From NCBI GenBank assembly GCA_951804945.1, contig OX638153.1, positions 65,224,001-65,288,000 on the forward strand: a stretch of DNA of 64,000 nt. The letters run 5' to 3'. The position numbers were made by a program, and so were the translations under genes. How positions within the stretch are numbered: the first letter of the stretch is position 1; every line of letters begins with the position of its first letter. This document shows positions 23,889 to 37,838 of this stretch, piece by piece. Under the pieces are notes generated by a model, which had not been told where the DNA came from, made no database searches, and saw only the letters and a program-made list of their open reading frames with translations. This stretch comes from Podarcis cretensis. Its lineage: Eukaryota.

Positions 23889-24929
23889 CATTGCTCTGTC
23901 AAGTGTACCTCCAGCCAAAAACCTAATGCTTGGGGTGAGAGAGAAAGGAGCAGCTTTGCTATGTTTGTGCCTGCTGAGCAGGCAAAAGCTGACACATTTG
24001 TCTTTCATTTCTATTCTAGAGCAGAAACCTTTAGGGTACTTCCAAGCAATGGCTGTGATATTTCAAGATTAGCTAGCTTGTTGTTGCAGCAAGACTAGCA
24101 CAACATAATAATGGTGCACAACTGCTGTTGTAATGATCAGGGTGATAATCTTCATGTAGCAACAAGGTGCACTCTCAACCTTTCATTACCGTCTCGCTAT
24201 GTATGTAGGCAATTTTCTTCAAGCTATACATTTAAGTGACACTGGATGGAGGGCATAACATTTCTAACTGAATAGGCTTAGGGGCAAGAGCATTCAATGT
24301 CGGGCCATGGAATTCGCCTCTCATGCCGAGATTTTGGCACCCTGTTAGGCGTTCCGGTGTTCAGGTCTCACATACAGTGTAACCTCCATGTTTGATCAGG
24401 AGTTGAAGATTCTGGTGGCAGCAGGGTCTCGCCTCCAACAGCTGCTTTGCTTGGCAAGCCTGCCGCAGCTCTGGCTGCATTTGTGAGATGAACGACTTTT
24501 ATGGAGGATAATAAACGCTGGGGAAAGCCTACCTTGCAGTCCTAATCATTACCACAAAAATGGCTTTGGAAACAAATGAGGTTGACAAGACACCATCCAT
24601 CTCCATTGTTGATGTAAATAATATAATTAACCAAGAATGTTTTTTAAAGCAATGCTGGATTGCCAGCTTGGCATATCAAGGAAGAGCCCGTCCAAAACTC
24701 CAAAGCCTTGCTGACTTGGGCAGCTGTCTGGGCTGGCAGCCCCACAGCTCGAAACAGCAAAGTTAATTGACTAAGGGCAGAACTAACTGGGTGAACAAAA
24801 CACCATGCTGGCAGAGGGAAGTAGCAACATGCAGAAACGCTTCTATTTCAGCAGTTTAAATCAGGAATCATTGTTGCCTCTAGTGCTGGCCCAGCTATAG
24901 ACATGATGAGGAAGAACCTGACCGTCAAC

Positions 24930-25440
24930 CAAGTAACCATTTTCTCCTTTCATTGATTATATAGACTTGCCTTCTCTCCAGCCGTACCCTTTATCACTGG
25001 CAATTATCTCATTTCTCCACACGCCTGGCTGAAACAACTCTTTCTCCCTTCATGCACTTTCCCTAAAGCCTTTCAAATTTTTGTTCTCAACCACTTTTCT
25101 TCACATTGAAGTGACCAGCTCTGTCTACTGCAGTAGTACTGAAGGGAAGGTCATGCCATTCACGTAACACCATTGTAATTTGCACTGTTTTCCGGGCTAT
25201 CTTCTATTCCCCTTTGAAACACAGGCTAACATCTTATTTGCTTTTAATCATCTCCATGCACTGAGCAGATGCTTTCGCTGAACTGTCTGCAAGGATTGTA
25301 TCACTGTCTGCAATCAATTCCAATTGTTTCATTCAATCCAATGTTGCCACAAATTTAATTTCATCTACCATCACTCTGTTCAAGCTACTGGCTTTGTTAA
25401 GCGTCAAGGGAGCTCTTCACAGTCCTCTCTAGCCACTCAC
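24930..25440 (-). mobile_element. Ancient CR1/L3 relic
   Basis: Degenerate reverse-complement CR1 RT 3' phrases (atcttatttgctttt...gcactgagcagatgcttt...aaatttaatttcatctacca...ctcttcacagtcctc). Confidence 0.45.
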
Positions 25441-26269
25441 TCCTAATTGATGAGTTGTTAACAGTAAAAGGAAGGAACCTGGTTAGGCCATCTCTATAGG
25501 ATTGTCCAGAATTATTACGTGACTGGCTTGTTTGCTGCCTTTTTAAAACCAGAATATGCAATGCAACTTACAAAACTACCGACATAATACAAAGCAAGAG
25601 AAAGATGAAACACCAGCTAAATCCACATTTCAGCAAAAACAAACACAGCAATGTAAAACAGCAGCGGGACACATGATAAAAGCAGACTTCAACAAAAGTT
25701 CACATATGAGATCATCGTCACTGCCTGCAGGCAGTGAGAGAACTATTATGTGCTTTGCTCAGGAGAATGGTCCAAACCCTGAGTGCCACAGTTGAAAAGG
25801 CCCTTTCCTGGATATTGATGTGCCATTTCATACAGCAGTTATGAAACCCAAAAGAGGGCTTCTGCAATAGAATGATGGTCCCATGCTGGCTGAGATGGAT
25901 GGATGTGATTTTGGAGATATTCTGCTTAAACTGAGCTGGGAAGCAAGCTGGTCACCAGTGATGCTGGAGAATGGACAATTCCTATCAGAAAATTCACTGC
26001 CACATTCTGGATCAGTTGAAGCTTTAAGGCTGTATTCAAGAACAACCCCATGCACAGCCCTATAGTCATCTAACCTGGATGTAACAAGTATAAACTAAGA
26101 CATTGTACTATGAGACTTGTGTGAATTCCTCAGAACTGGTCAAGACAGGACTCTAGTCAGGGCTGCAGCTTTGCTGGTGGAGCAGCCAGCCGGATTTTAT
26201 GGGGCTGAACCTTTACAAGCAGAGCCAGCCTAGACTACATCCTCCTATGCCTGGTTTGGGCATGAAGAG

Positions 26270-26794
26270 GAGGAAAGAGATGCCAGAATGACCAAGGGAC
26301 TGGAGCAACTCACCTATCGGGAAAGGTTACAATGTTTGGAGCATTTCAGGTTGGGGAAAAGGTGAGTGGGGACATGACAGAGTTGCACGTTGTGAAGAAA
26401 ATGGATAGAGTTTTTCTCTGTCTCGTATAATACTAGAACTTGGGGCCATCCAAAGAAGCTGAATGTTGAAAGATTCAGGACAGACAAAATAAAGGACTTC
26501 TTCACACAATGCAGTTAAACTATGGAATTTGCTCCCACAAGAGAATGATGGTCAACTTGGCTGGTGTTAAAAGAGAACTGGACACATTCACAAAGGGCAG
26601 GCCTATCAGCAGCTACTAACCATGAAGGCTATAATCTACCTCTGCTGTCAGAAGCATTACACTGCTGGGTGCCAATTGCAATTCAGGTCCTGTTTGTGGG
26701 CTTCCCACTGGTATCTGGTTGGCCACTTTGAGAACAGGATGCTAGGCTAGATGAGCCTTTAGCCTGATCAAGGAGGGCTCATTTTATGTTCTTA
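26270..26794 (+). mobile_element. CR1 LINE 3' fragment
   Basis: aatgaccaagggactggagcaactcacctatcgggaaagg...gacttcttcacacaatgcagttaaactatggaa...ttatgttctta tail. Confidence 0.85.
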
Positions 26795-27390
26795 ACAGGC
26801 TAATTTTGCCTTTAAGAGTGCAGCATTATCCTGACTGACCTGCGGAGACTGGGAGCATTTACCCAAAATAATAATAATAAATTTTATTTGTACCCCGCCC
26901 TCCCCAGCCGCAGCAGGGCTCCAGCATAGAAGACAACAGTGAGACCTCTTTTTGTCTTCTCGCCTGCATCTTTAATCACATCTTGGGCTACTCTTGGGCT
27001 TCCTTCTTTATCTTAAAATAAACTGAGGCTGCTTGTTTTCAGGAGTCTTTACTTACTCAAGCATTGTTATTTTTTAATAATAAATAAATAAAAATTTCAC
27101 AGCACTTGGATTGACTGCCAAACAGTTAAAAGTCTGCCTCCTCCCATAGTAACACTTGCTCGAAGCAAGAGATGTCAGGAAGAACAAAAGACAGCCTTTG
27201 ACTTAACACCCATAAATATTAGTAATGCATGAAAAGAGTATTATTTCAGGTGTGATTCACTCTAATCTGCAGTGAGCACAAGAGATCATAACACTTCAAC
27301 ATTTATATGAATGATAAAGACAGCCCCTTAGAAGCAAGACCCTGTTCTTTAAGTCCTTTCTATCCTTTCTCTCTCTCCCTCTCTCCCCAG

Positions 27391-27579
27391 TATTGCAGGA
27401 GTGCAATGCATGAATTTATCTGGTTATTCTAAAGGCCATGGCTACAGGGCTGGGGAGACTTTCACAGGAGAGTATGACCATGCCTGGAATGCAGTTTACC
27501 TTGATGGAAGATGGCATTTGGTGGACAGCACCTGGGGAAGTGGCTCCATTGATGACTGCTTCAGCAAATTTACCTTCAG
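27391..27579 (+). CDS. KY: KY coding exon 9 (catalytic His and Asp)
   Basis: Long pyrimidine tract + AG / GTATGA; 189 nt; encodes IAGVQCMNLSGYSKG...DHAWNAVYLDGRWHLVDSTWGSG. Confidence 0.97.
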
Positions 27580-28738
27580 GTATGATTGTCCTTTCCTCCT
27601 CCCTATAGCTCTGAGGCACAGGGGTGGGGATAGGCAAAACAGGTAGCTTTCCTTGGTCACATTCAAGGGCTCTGCAACATATACTGTTTGATTTGCTTGC
27701 TTCATTTATAACTACTTATTGAAATCAGTGTCAAATTTCAGATTTGAAAGAACAAAAGCATCATCGGGATGCAGGGCTTATCATTTAACCATAATGACCA
27801 TTTACTTCACTATTCCAAGCTACGTGTCTCAAAGGCTAAAGCATGAAGGGGACAAAGCCTCATTTAAAAAATAAATAAATAAGGGTGTATATATTTTCTC
27901 CCCTCCCACCAACTGGCCCCTTAATGTTCTCCTCAGGCTTCCACCTATGAGAAATGTCAAGCTCTTAAACAGGGTTGTTACAAACTAAGCATTAAAAAGT
28001 TATAGAAATCTAGCTAAACAAGTCCCCATTCTTCGAATGTTAATATTTCCACTAACTATTAAAACCAAAACACTCCTGAAAGGTGTAAGAACCATTAAAA
28101 GGAAATTAAAGCTTGGAAAGAAATGGTAGAAATCCACTTGGTCCAGATAGCCAGTGTTACTGGTAGTCTGGACAATGACCCACGTGAAGGATTTGATATT
28201 TCTCCATGTGATGGCCTAGTATTGGGACAACCCATGTTATAATCAGAAGGCCACAGTAATTAGAAATGAAACACAGATCACCAAGGCTAGAGACACCGTG
28301 GGGCAAGCAACAGGCCAAACCGAGTTTACTAGCCAGTCTGAAAATCCCCATATTAGCATATTATAGACCTTCTTTGGCACAACACAATTGAAGATGAGCA
28401 TTGACTTTGAAAATGCATTTTCAGTAGCTCCTGCTAAAAATTAATTCTGAGAGAATGCTACTTCCATTTGGCATTGTCCCTTAAACATAGAGGGACTACA
28501 CTGGGTGTAAAGAGTTATTTCTTAACTGAAGTTGTTAAATTCCATGTTTTTGAAAATTTCACTAACGGCGAGATTGTTTTTTTCTTATTGCTCTCTTTCA
28601 AAATGCCTGATTTGCCCACATGCTTGGGGAGCAGAATTCAGCATTCTTAGAACTCCCATCTAGCCTTCCTTTATTTAAATTAAGTTTTTATCCCTTAAAC
28701 CTGCAAACCTAGGCTTGAAAGTGCATGCAGAGAACATA

Positions 28739-28975
28739 CAGTGGTACCTATAGTTACAAACTTAATTCGTTCTAGAGGTCCTTAACCTGAAACTGTTCTT
28801 AACTAGAGGCGTGCTTTCACTAATGGGGCCTCTTGCTGCCGCTGCACCGCTGGCATAAGATTTCCGTTCTCATCCTGGGGCAAAGTTCTCAACTCGAGGT
28901 AATTCTTCCAGGTTAGCGGAGTTTGTAACCTGAAGCGTTTGTAACCTGAAGTGTTTGTAACTCAAGGTACCACTA
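28739..28975. mobile_element. Tc1/mariner (Tigger-like) MITE
   Basis: TA|cagtggtacct ... aggtaccacta|TA; same family as 51688-51913, in the opposite orientation. Confidence 0.8.
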
Positions 28976-29067
28976 TATAGGGAAATCCAAGAAGCTGGGG
29001 AGGATGGAGATTTCAGTGCTTTGCATAATCCTGTCTATGAAGCAGAATGACTGAATTATGCAATTTA

Positions 29068-29430
29068 GGGACGCAGGTGGCGCTGTGGGTAAAACAGTGC
29101 CTAGGACTTGCCGATCGTATGGTCGGCGGTTCGAATCCCCGTGGCGGGGTGAGCTCCCGTCGTTCGGTCCCAGCTCCTGCCCACATAGCAGTTCGAAAGC
29201 ACCCCTAAGTGCAAGTAGATAAATAGGTACCGCTTTATAGGGGGAAGGTAACGGCGTTTCCGTGCACTGCGCTGGTGCTGGCTTGCCAGAGCAGCTTCGT
29301 CACGCTGGCCACATGACCCGGAAGTGTCTCCGGACAGCGCTGGCCCCCGGCCTCTTAAGTGAGATAGGCGCACAACCCTAGAGTCGGACACGACTGGCCC
29401 GTACGGGCAGGGGTACCTTTACCTTTACCT
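29068..29430 (+). mobile_element. Sauria SINE, full length
   Basis: tRNA-derived head with A/B boxes (tggcgctgtgg; ggttcgaatcc), gtagataaataggtaccgc core and (ACCTTT)n tail. Confidence 0.93.
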
Positions 29431-29890
29431 AACTATCCAGGACCATACTATGGTTTAAAATCCTGGTTAATATGCTAACATTAGTTCCTCACTAACATAA
29501 CTAGCAACTCAACCTTAAACAGACCAGGACTGATATGAGGAAATCAGTGCATAAACTATGCATTATTAAGCCAGGAGCATTATAACCAAACTGGGCCATT
29601 GATAAATTACACTATAACAGGCAGCCTCATTTGACTGCACCCTCTCTTCTACTGTATTCTCAGCCAAATCCGTCCAGCCCCAAATCTACACATCCCATCT
29701 CTTCATTTTGCCTCCTAGAGCTCAGCTGTGTTTCCTACCATCATTCCAGTCCTAATTTATGTACAGTTGAAAGGAAACCCCCATTGATAAACCTATCTAG
29801 AACTGCAGCCATAGTTAAGATTCAGTTTAAGGCAGAAAGCTAAGAGCACCCGGTGCCAGTGATGTATTGACCTCTCCTTTCTTGTTCCAG

Positions 29891-30081
29891 ATACAACGAA
29901 TTTTATTTCCTCACCCACCCCGCCCTATTTATTAATAATCATTTCCCAGACAACAGCAATTGGCAGCTCCTCAAACCAGCTGTGACATTGAAACAGTTTG
30001 AGAGCAACATGTTATATAAGAGTGACTTTTACATGATGGGATTGCTGGCAGCCCACCCAGAAACACCAATTATTCAAACAG
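29891..30081 (+). CDS. KY: KY coding exon 10
   Basis: cttgttccAG / GTACAG; 191 nt; encodes YNEFYFLTHPALFINNHFPDNSNWQLLKP...AHPETPIIQT. Confidence 0.97.
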
Positions 30082-30947
30082 GTACAGTGATACATGTCAT
30101 TGCCCCATGCCGATCTTATTATAAGGAACAATTCCAGCTTTTAGTAGGGAGCTAAAAAAAAAAAAGATAAAAGTAGCAAAGGTTAGGATTTAGGCTGCTG
30201 GATTACTTTTAAAAGATTAGCTCTGTGGGACTAAAGCATGGGGTTCAAAGTTCTGCAGCCTTTTTTGATCATAATCACCATTACCCTTGAGGTACCAATC
30301 GGTGTAAAATACGAAGTGCTATTTATTACCCATCAGATTGCTTGTGCCCCAAGAATATTTATATTCCAGCCTGAAGTGAAGGGGAAAGTTTCAGAAAATT
30401 CTGGGCTGAGGCTCAGAGCCTTATGTGGGTGCAAGTTAGTACACTTGAGTTTCAGAAGCTCCCCATGGTGTCATTCAGAACCTAAACATGGAACGAATAA
30501 TTTCATTTTGAAATCCTGTCTTTTGAACTCTCTCAGACTTCTCTGAAACTGACAAGTTTCTAAGGGGTTGTAGTCAAAAGTGCAGGCAGCTTGAGCTGTA
30601 ACTGAAAGACATTGGTGCTTTCATCTTTTCCAAGAATGATGAGCAATTCTACTGCATTTGTAATAAAACAGAAGCAAACAAGTACCCGAAAATGAAGGCT
30701 TCCCGCCCTTAACCCTCTTGTTATTTATTCTGAATTTGGACTTGACAGACGCTTGTCAAATTCTAACCAGCCAACCATAATATTCTCCCTTTCACTGCCA
30801 AAATGATTGACAGTACAGCAGGCAATTCCATTCTCCAGGTCATTTTCTCCAGCTTTTTTTTTTTTTTTTTGATTGATTGATTGATTTGTATTTTTGAGTA
30901 AATAGTAAGAAACATCCTAACCAGCCTCCTTTATTTGCATGTCACAG

Positions 30948-31852
30948 TAAATGGGAAAGTAGTAGTAGCTGTGGAGACTCGTTTGCCAATGCTGTTCATG
31001 TTTGAACTGAAAGGGGCAAAGGAATATAGCTTGATGACTCTGAAGAGGAATGGGATGAACCTGGAGCTCTACCCACAGAAGACGGGGACCCATAAGCTAC
31101 AGATCTACGCCAAACCATCCAAGGGCTCAGATGAAGTCTACAACTGTGTGATAGAATATACATTAGAGTGTAGCTCTGTAGACAGGAACGTCTGCTTTCC
31201 AAAGGAACTTCATCAACCTGTTGGGCCCAGCTGGTTCTCAGAGAGGCAAGGATTCCTCAAGCCCTCGCAAAAAGGCCCAATCATTCATACCAGTGACGGG
31301 CGCTACGATCTCAGCTTCATCCTCAGTAAGGACTTGAGTGTTTTAGCTTCCCTGCATTCGGGCAACGTAAGCCTCAGCGAGGATACAACAAGACGGCACA
31401 TCTTGCAAGCTTGCCAAGGAAACCAGGTAGACTTTAAGATCCACCTTCCTCATGCAGGGAACTTTGCTTTTAAAATCTTTGCGAAAAAGAAGTCTGATCC
31501 TGGAAATTATAACTATGTCTTCAACTACCTCATCTGTTGCCCAAACACCAAGGTGAAATGGCCAGTGTTCCCCCAGACTTATAGCAAGTGGGTGGAGGGT
31601 TATGAGCTAGTGGAGCCGCTAGCCGGGTTGCTCCCTGCTGACCGCAACGTTAAGTTTAAACTCAAGCTTCATAGCATTGCCAATGCATTTGTTCAATGTG
31701 AAAAAATCTGCCCCTTGTCTTTAAGCAAGGATGGCTACTGGGAGGGATCTTGCAGCACATCAGGCTGCACAGAGGTCTATGTGATGGTGCTGGAAAATGC
31801 CAATCACAAGTTCTACTCTCACATCTTGAAATATGAAGTAGAGCCACAGTAG
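30948..31852 (+). CDS. KY: KY last coding exon
   Basis: gtcacAG acceptor; VNGKVVVAVE...ELHQPVGPSWFSE...VYVMVLENANHKFYSHILKYEVEPQ* matches the KY C-terminal region; ends in TAG. Confidence 0.97.
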
Positions 31853-32557
31853 GAGGCCAATCCTACTCTTATCATCTGTCCACATGTGCAGAGAGATCTG
31901 ATATATTACAGTTCATACCGCTCTCGAGTAATTCCTTAAGGCTCCCTTAACATTGGGGAATAGTGCTCACCCCTCTCTGAAGCACCAACAAAACAATACA
32001 ACTTGATCAAAACTTCCTGAATGGTATTACGCAATGAGTGGCATTTGTAGGAAATGTATAGTTTCTTTACCAGTGTAACGTCATACTTCCCATATACATA
32101 ATTTCAACTATAGATTATTCTTGTGCTACGGGCTTAGTACATTTTGCACATTTCCCCACCTAGTCCACCTCCATTTTAGGATGCAACTGCTGATTTCTGA
32201 ATGGCTTATATTCAACAAATATGTTATGGACAACAAAGGGGCATTCTCTAACTCATTGTGGGCCAGGAAGAGAGAAGGACCACACACTTTTGAGCATCAA
32301 TGTGAGAGTGGCTGCAGAATCTCATCAAAACACATATTGGTGCAAGATTATAATCCAAATGGAAGCTTTCTTGTGTGCACTTCATTGTCTTACAAATATA
32401 AATGATACTGCGAAAACAGGTTTTTACACCAGATCTTAAAAGCAATTAAATACTAGTTTTTATCTCATTGGGCTGTGGTGCTTTTTAAATGACATGGTAA
32501 GGAACATGTATGTGAACAAAAGGGTAATTTAATTCTTAACTAATTTGCTACCTTATC

Positions 32558-32563
32558 AATAAA
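32558..32563 (+). promoter_or_regulatory. Candidate KY poly(A) signal AATAAA (alternative ATTAAA at 32445-32450)
   Basis: Canonical hexamer about 0.7 kb after the stop codon; motif only. Confidence 0.4.
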
Positions 32564-35500
32564 AAAAGATTGTGCTGCTGATTCTAGGAAATAGCAATTC
32601 ACCAAGTGTGAAACACAGTGGGATAACCAAAGACAATCTTGATGACCTGCATAGAATGAAAGACGAACAGAAAGGTATCATTGATAAAAGTTAGTTTCTA
32701 TATAAACACATGAACCCTTTTGGTCAAACATGGATAGTTTAGTATAACAGCAAAGATCTGTGGTTTAAGTCAGAAAATGAATTTATTTTAACACAAGTTA
32801 TAATCTGTCTAACCTTCTATATGATCAATAGACTGCAATTTACTTTTTAAAAAATCCTTGTATCTAATCAAAATTCAGGGAGCTGACTGGATAGCCCTGG
32901 AGGTTTTTCAGTGCTGTGACATTAATTTTTTATTACAAATTTCATATATTCATTGAACCATATGGATTCCTTGCCTAGACCAAAAAATATCAGCAATTCG
33001 TTTTTTCCATGTGCCTTTAAAAGTTTTGTTTTACCAGTTTTTGAAGGAATATATATACTTGAAGCAAGCCCCTGTGTCAAATGAGTACCGTAATTCTTCC
33101 TGCTGTGACTTGGTTCGCACCAATAGACAACAGTTTAAGGACCAATATAGATGGTCAAGTGGCATGTGTCCCAACTGCATCTTCCCCACAGCACCTTGAA
33201 TGAAGGTGCTAATATTACCTAATCCGTTATTCAGCTTTGGGGAAGCAGAAGGGAAGATAGCTATGCTCCTGTTCAAACAACTTCCAACCCACCACACTTT
33301 AAATTGTAGTACCCACTAGAAGAAGCCAGGGAAAGACTGTGGATGCAATAGTCAATGACACTCTGAAAAGTGATGAAGCACAAGGTGGTGCAAGCATGAC
33401 AGACCACATATATAATTAAAAGAACATTGTAAGATGAGCTTTGTAGGGTCTCTAAAGGAGGGGAGCACTCATTTAGCAAAAAATTAATAATCATAAAGTA
33501 AAAGGGAAAGTTAAAAACATTAGAGGGACATTTTGGCACTCTCATGACTCATAACTTTCCAATAGGCTCCTGTGTCATTTTTGTAATATTGTACAATCAC
33601 ATTACATGCAGCCATTGTGTTAGCTATATTATTTTAGAGGATCCAAAGAATTAAAGTTCCTTTAGAGGTGATTGTGCCAGCCATACAGATAACATCTGCC
33701 AACTGATGAGTGACAATTGCTGCTACCCCTGTCTGTTGCTACCCCAAAATTATAATATGGCCTGGGTAAGTAAGTTTGAGAAGGCTTCCTTTTGTCACTC
33801 TTGAACCTACTGCCAAATTCAGCTTCATCTACAGATCCTAAAAACGGAGGAAGAAAAGTCTCTTAACCCAGATGTCTGGAAGGCACCATGTTGGCTACCC
33901 CCAAAATGCATATAGTAACTGGGATTCTGTGCTGTAAATAAGGAAGCAGTTGATCGAAATCTTGCATCTGCCATAGTCTGATCAGGTGACTTTAACAAAC
34001 CCTTCTCTTTTTCTATATTTGGAAACAATACCAGGCTACCCAACATAGCTAGGAGGATTACAAAGACTTTGAACACTCTTATCATTGTTTTATTCTACAC
34101 TTTCACATCACTAATGGATCATTAGAAATTTCTCGGAAAAGAGAAAGCCCTGCATTGCTTTCTGAAGGCTTACGCTGCAGGGCTCAGTTAAGCCTCCTAG
34201 GGAAAACAATTTCACAGGACTCCGATACTAAAAGGCCCTGCTCTGGGCTATAAACTAGATCTTACAGAGCACAAAAAATGGTATTTGGTGCAGGGCTGCC
34301 TCTAAGGAAGTTAAAGGACAAGCAAGCTCAGCTGCTGGATGCAATCTTCTATATCTGATGTGAAGGCAGATAATACTGAACACCAGCCAAAGCATAATCC
34401 TTAAACTTTCTCTGAACTCTTTTACTGAGGATTACCAATTAAACCTACTAATATAATACACATTGATTCTCAGTTTAAAAAAAAATAAATATGTAAAGTA
34501 GAAGGCGAACATCTGGCTCAGCCTTGCAAGCAAAAAGGAAACTCTTTGGTGTTATTAAAAGGCTCAGTTCAAAGAAAAAACTTCCCTCCAGCTTCATTAA
34601 TTATAAAACTGTTAAGGCCAACTGATTATTCCAAAGGGATGTTCAACATTCTCAAGGCATAGATGAATGCATGGAAACCCTGCAGCCACAGATAAAAGTG
34701 CCTCAGAAGTCTGCACTAGCTTTGTCATCACCCTCCAGGATAAACAACCTTCCTCCACCTCCAAAACATGCATATTTACAGTCTCAACACATATTAAGCC
34801 CACTCAAGAGTTTTTGATGATGTAGCCCACAAACTACACATAACTCCTAATATAATTTTTTCTTTGCCCTTAACTCATCAGTCCTTTCTAGCATTTTCTG
34901 TACTCTATATGCACGGGGAAGCAACAAGCAGGAATACCAACCTCCTTGTGCAATTTGCTCGTCTCAGATTGCTGTCCATTTTGGGACTAACAGTTTGCCC
35001 TGCCAAAGTACAGCACTGTCTCAGGTTCTTGGCACCTCTGTTATTACAACTCTCTTTCCAAGAATGAACCAGTGTTTCCCCTGAATTAAAAAAAACACAG
35101 TAACCAACTCTGTTACATGAAGCAACACGAGTGATGTGGCACAGAACATTTTTTGTACCTCTTTAGGATCAGATAGACCTCCAGGAAAAAAAATTTGATA
35201 CACCCAAATTAGTTTTTGATTTAAAGCAATTTGTGTTGAATCAGAATGGAGGTGGGAGGGGTGAGCCACCAAAGATACTCCTCACCAAATACACTACTTT
35301 TGCTCTATACAACATAGAGATGCCCCACAGTTTTTTAGAAGGGACTGAGCAATGTTAAGATGTTAGATATATTTACAAGAGAATGTTAAGGTGCTCTCGT
35401 CTTTGCCCAATTATGAATGTCACAAAGGGAATTATATTGAACTCGATGGCGGCATGCACAACATCCTTGAAGATTTAGCAAGATAGGAAAAAATATGGCT

Positions 35501-37795
35501 GCAACAAGGCATATTTTATATCCCAAGGTACACTATGCATTTCAAATTTTTAAGAAGCATCTTCTTTTCTTTCCACTGATAATGTTCTCTAAGGAATGTT
35601 TGCCTCCACAGCACTGCACAATCTGGAGCACCTATTACTACACTTTATTTTCTACCCTCTGCATTACTGGAGGTCAACTTAAAGATCATCATACAGTAGG
35701 AAATGAATAGCCTTTGGGGAAACATCAACACTGGTTTGACGCCAACTCTGTCACACATGATACAATAGCCTTATGCACTGCAGAACCTGCAAGCCAGAGT
35801 CAGAGTTCTCCCTGGTTCAGAGAGCAAAGTGTCAAACAGAAGATCATAGAAAGCCACAGTTGTTGAACTCTCCTGACCAACACTCACAGTGGGAAAATTT
35901 TGATCTTCAAGTCACAGAATTTGAAGAATTTTTGTTATTCTCATTCAGTAGCAGTCCATTTTAAAGGCTGTCATATTTGTTACTAAGTGATTATTTTTGT
36001 ACTCTTACGTTTCACAAAAACAAATCACAACATCTCTGAAACTGCATCTGGAATGGATTCATAACTATTCACATTTTCAGGGATCCAAAACTTAGTTTGC
36101 TGGCCACTCCCATAGAAGTCACCTCTATGTGCAGGGAAAGTCAATCCCAATGTACATGTCAGGTTCCTCGTGTATGGCAGAAGTTCCTTGCTTGATATGA
36201 AGGGCAAAATTACAAGGTCTCCCTGTCTGACTTCTGTCTTCCAAGGAGTAAATCTGTAGCATGTGCTTCTTGCCTCGAGCAGCTATTTCCTGTACTTTCA
36301 GTCCCTCTACTCAAAATGTTAACACCAGGGCTCTTACACAAGAAATGATAGAGTATACTCACTTTGCGGGGGCAGCCACCCAACCACTTTTAAACAAAAA
36401 AAATGCTGTGTGTGCTTTGACAAGAACTGTTCACCATTCCTACAAAACAACATAAATTTTTTAAAAAGTCTGTCTTCATGCCACATTTGATTTCATATTG
36501 TCTATCAGTGTCAAGCTGCTGTGAGAGGTGTTGACGAAGAATGACATGAAGCTATAAAAATCAAACACAGCAAGCAAAACACAAGAGTTAGCACACTGGA
36601 AAGAGGTTGGTGATGTACAGAGACTATTACATTTAAGATGGAGGCAAACATCAAAAAGATACTCTTGCAGAGCAGGAATTCTCCTGAATCAAGATCTAGA
36701 AGGTTGTTAATTATGGCCAGCCTTCTAGCAGCAGTAACATCCTTAGCTTGGCAACAAACCTTTCTACATCTAGAAATACAGATGTCCTCCACTTTCTCAA
36801 GATAACATATTCTCAAGATCATCCATTCAGCAAAGGATAATTAGCATTAATACGATCATGTATATGGGAGCAAATTCAAGTTAAAACCTCTAAAAATATA
36901 TGTTATTGAAAAGGGGAGGTATTGGTCATATAAATGGGCTTCTCTGACATATAGAAGAAACAATAAATGAAAGGTATAGACTACATGCAGATGAACCGAA
37001 GCCTTTGATAAGGAAAAGCAAGAGGTTTAGAATTTAAATGAAGACATGGATTATTCTAAGGATTCAGGGGGCAAGGCTGAATATCTCCACCATTTTCATA
37101 TTTCACTGAAAATATTTTAAATCTAGTAATTCATTTTAGTAATTGGATTATCAAGGGCCAATAAGCAAAAATGATTAAATGGGGGTGGGAATGGAAGCCT
37201 AATGCTTGGGATCTTGGTTTCTGCTCAAGGACACATTTTTAAAGATACACATTTCTTGTTTAAGCTAAAACAAATTTTTAATAGCTGTCTGGCAGATTGA
37301 CCAGCCTTCTAAATTTGCTCTTATGGCTGTGAGCAGCTGCTTAGTACTTCATAAGGCAGCTGTTGTTTAAGTAAAATGGATTTCATGTATAGGTGTTTAT
37401 TACTTACATTGAACTTCACTTTCTGTACCAACTTATCTTCCACCAAAACACCCTCTCTTTTCATGGAATATCTATTTCACTGCATTTTGTCCTCTTCAAC
37501 TATGAAAGAAAAATAGTAATAAAACAGACCCCCAATGGAACCACTACCACATCATTATGTAGTGTTTGGTATGCAAGTGATAGCAACACAAAGTACAGGA
37601 AACTCCAACTCTACAGGAAAACTAAAAAGGAAGCAAAATCGCAACTCCTTTTCTTGGTTTCTCAAACTGTTTGAATAACATATTTCATGGAATAAACATC
37701 AAGCAAAATTGGAAGCAAAAAGTAACCTAATTCCCAAAATGGTCAGCAACATGGGTTGTAACGATATAAGAAAAAGAAGATGGGTTAGTTGTCAT

Positions 37796-37838
37796 TTTAT
37801 TCATTCACATGGATATATAAATATAAAATAGATTTATT
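37796..37838 (-). promoter_or_regulatory. Candidate CEP63 poly(A) signals (AATAAA at 37838-37833 and 37801-37796)
   Basis: Two minus-strand AATAAA about 0.3 kb after the stop codon; motif only. Confidence 0.5.

Noticed and set aside
23416-24072. 218-aa + strand ORF
   Set aside because: Antisense shadow of the BovB ORF plus flanking intron; not a gene.
29068-29160. tRNA-like A/B boxes (also near 51480-51574)
   Set aside because: SINE heads, not tRNA genes.
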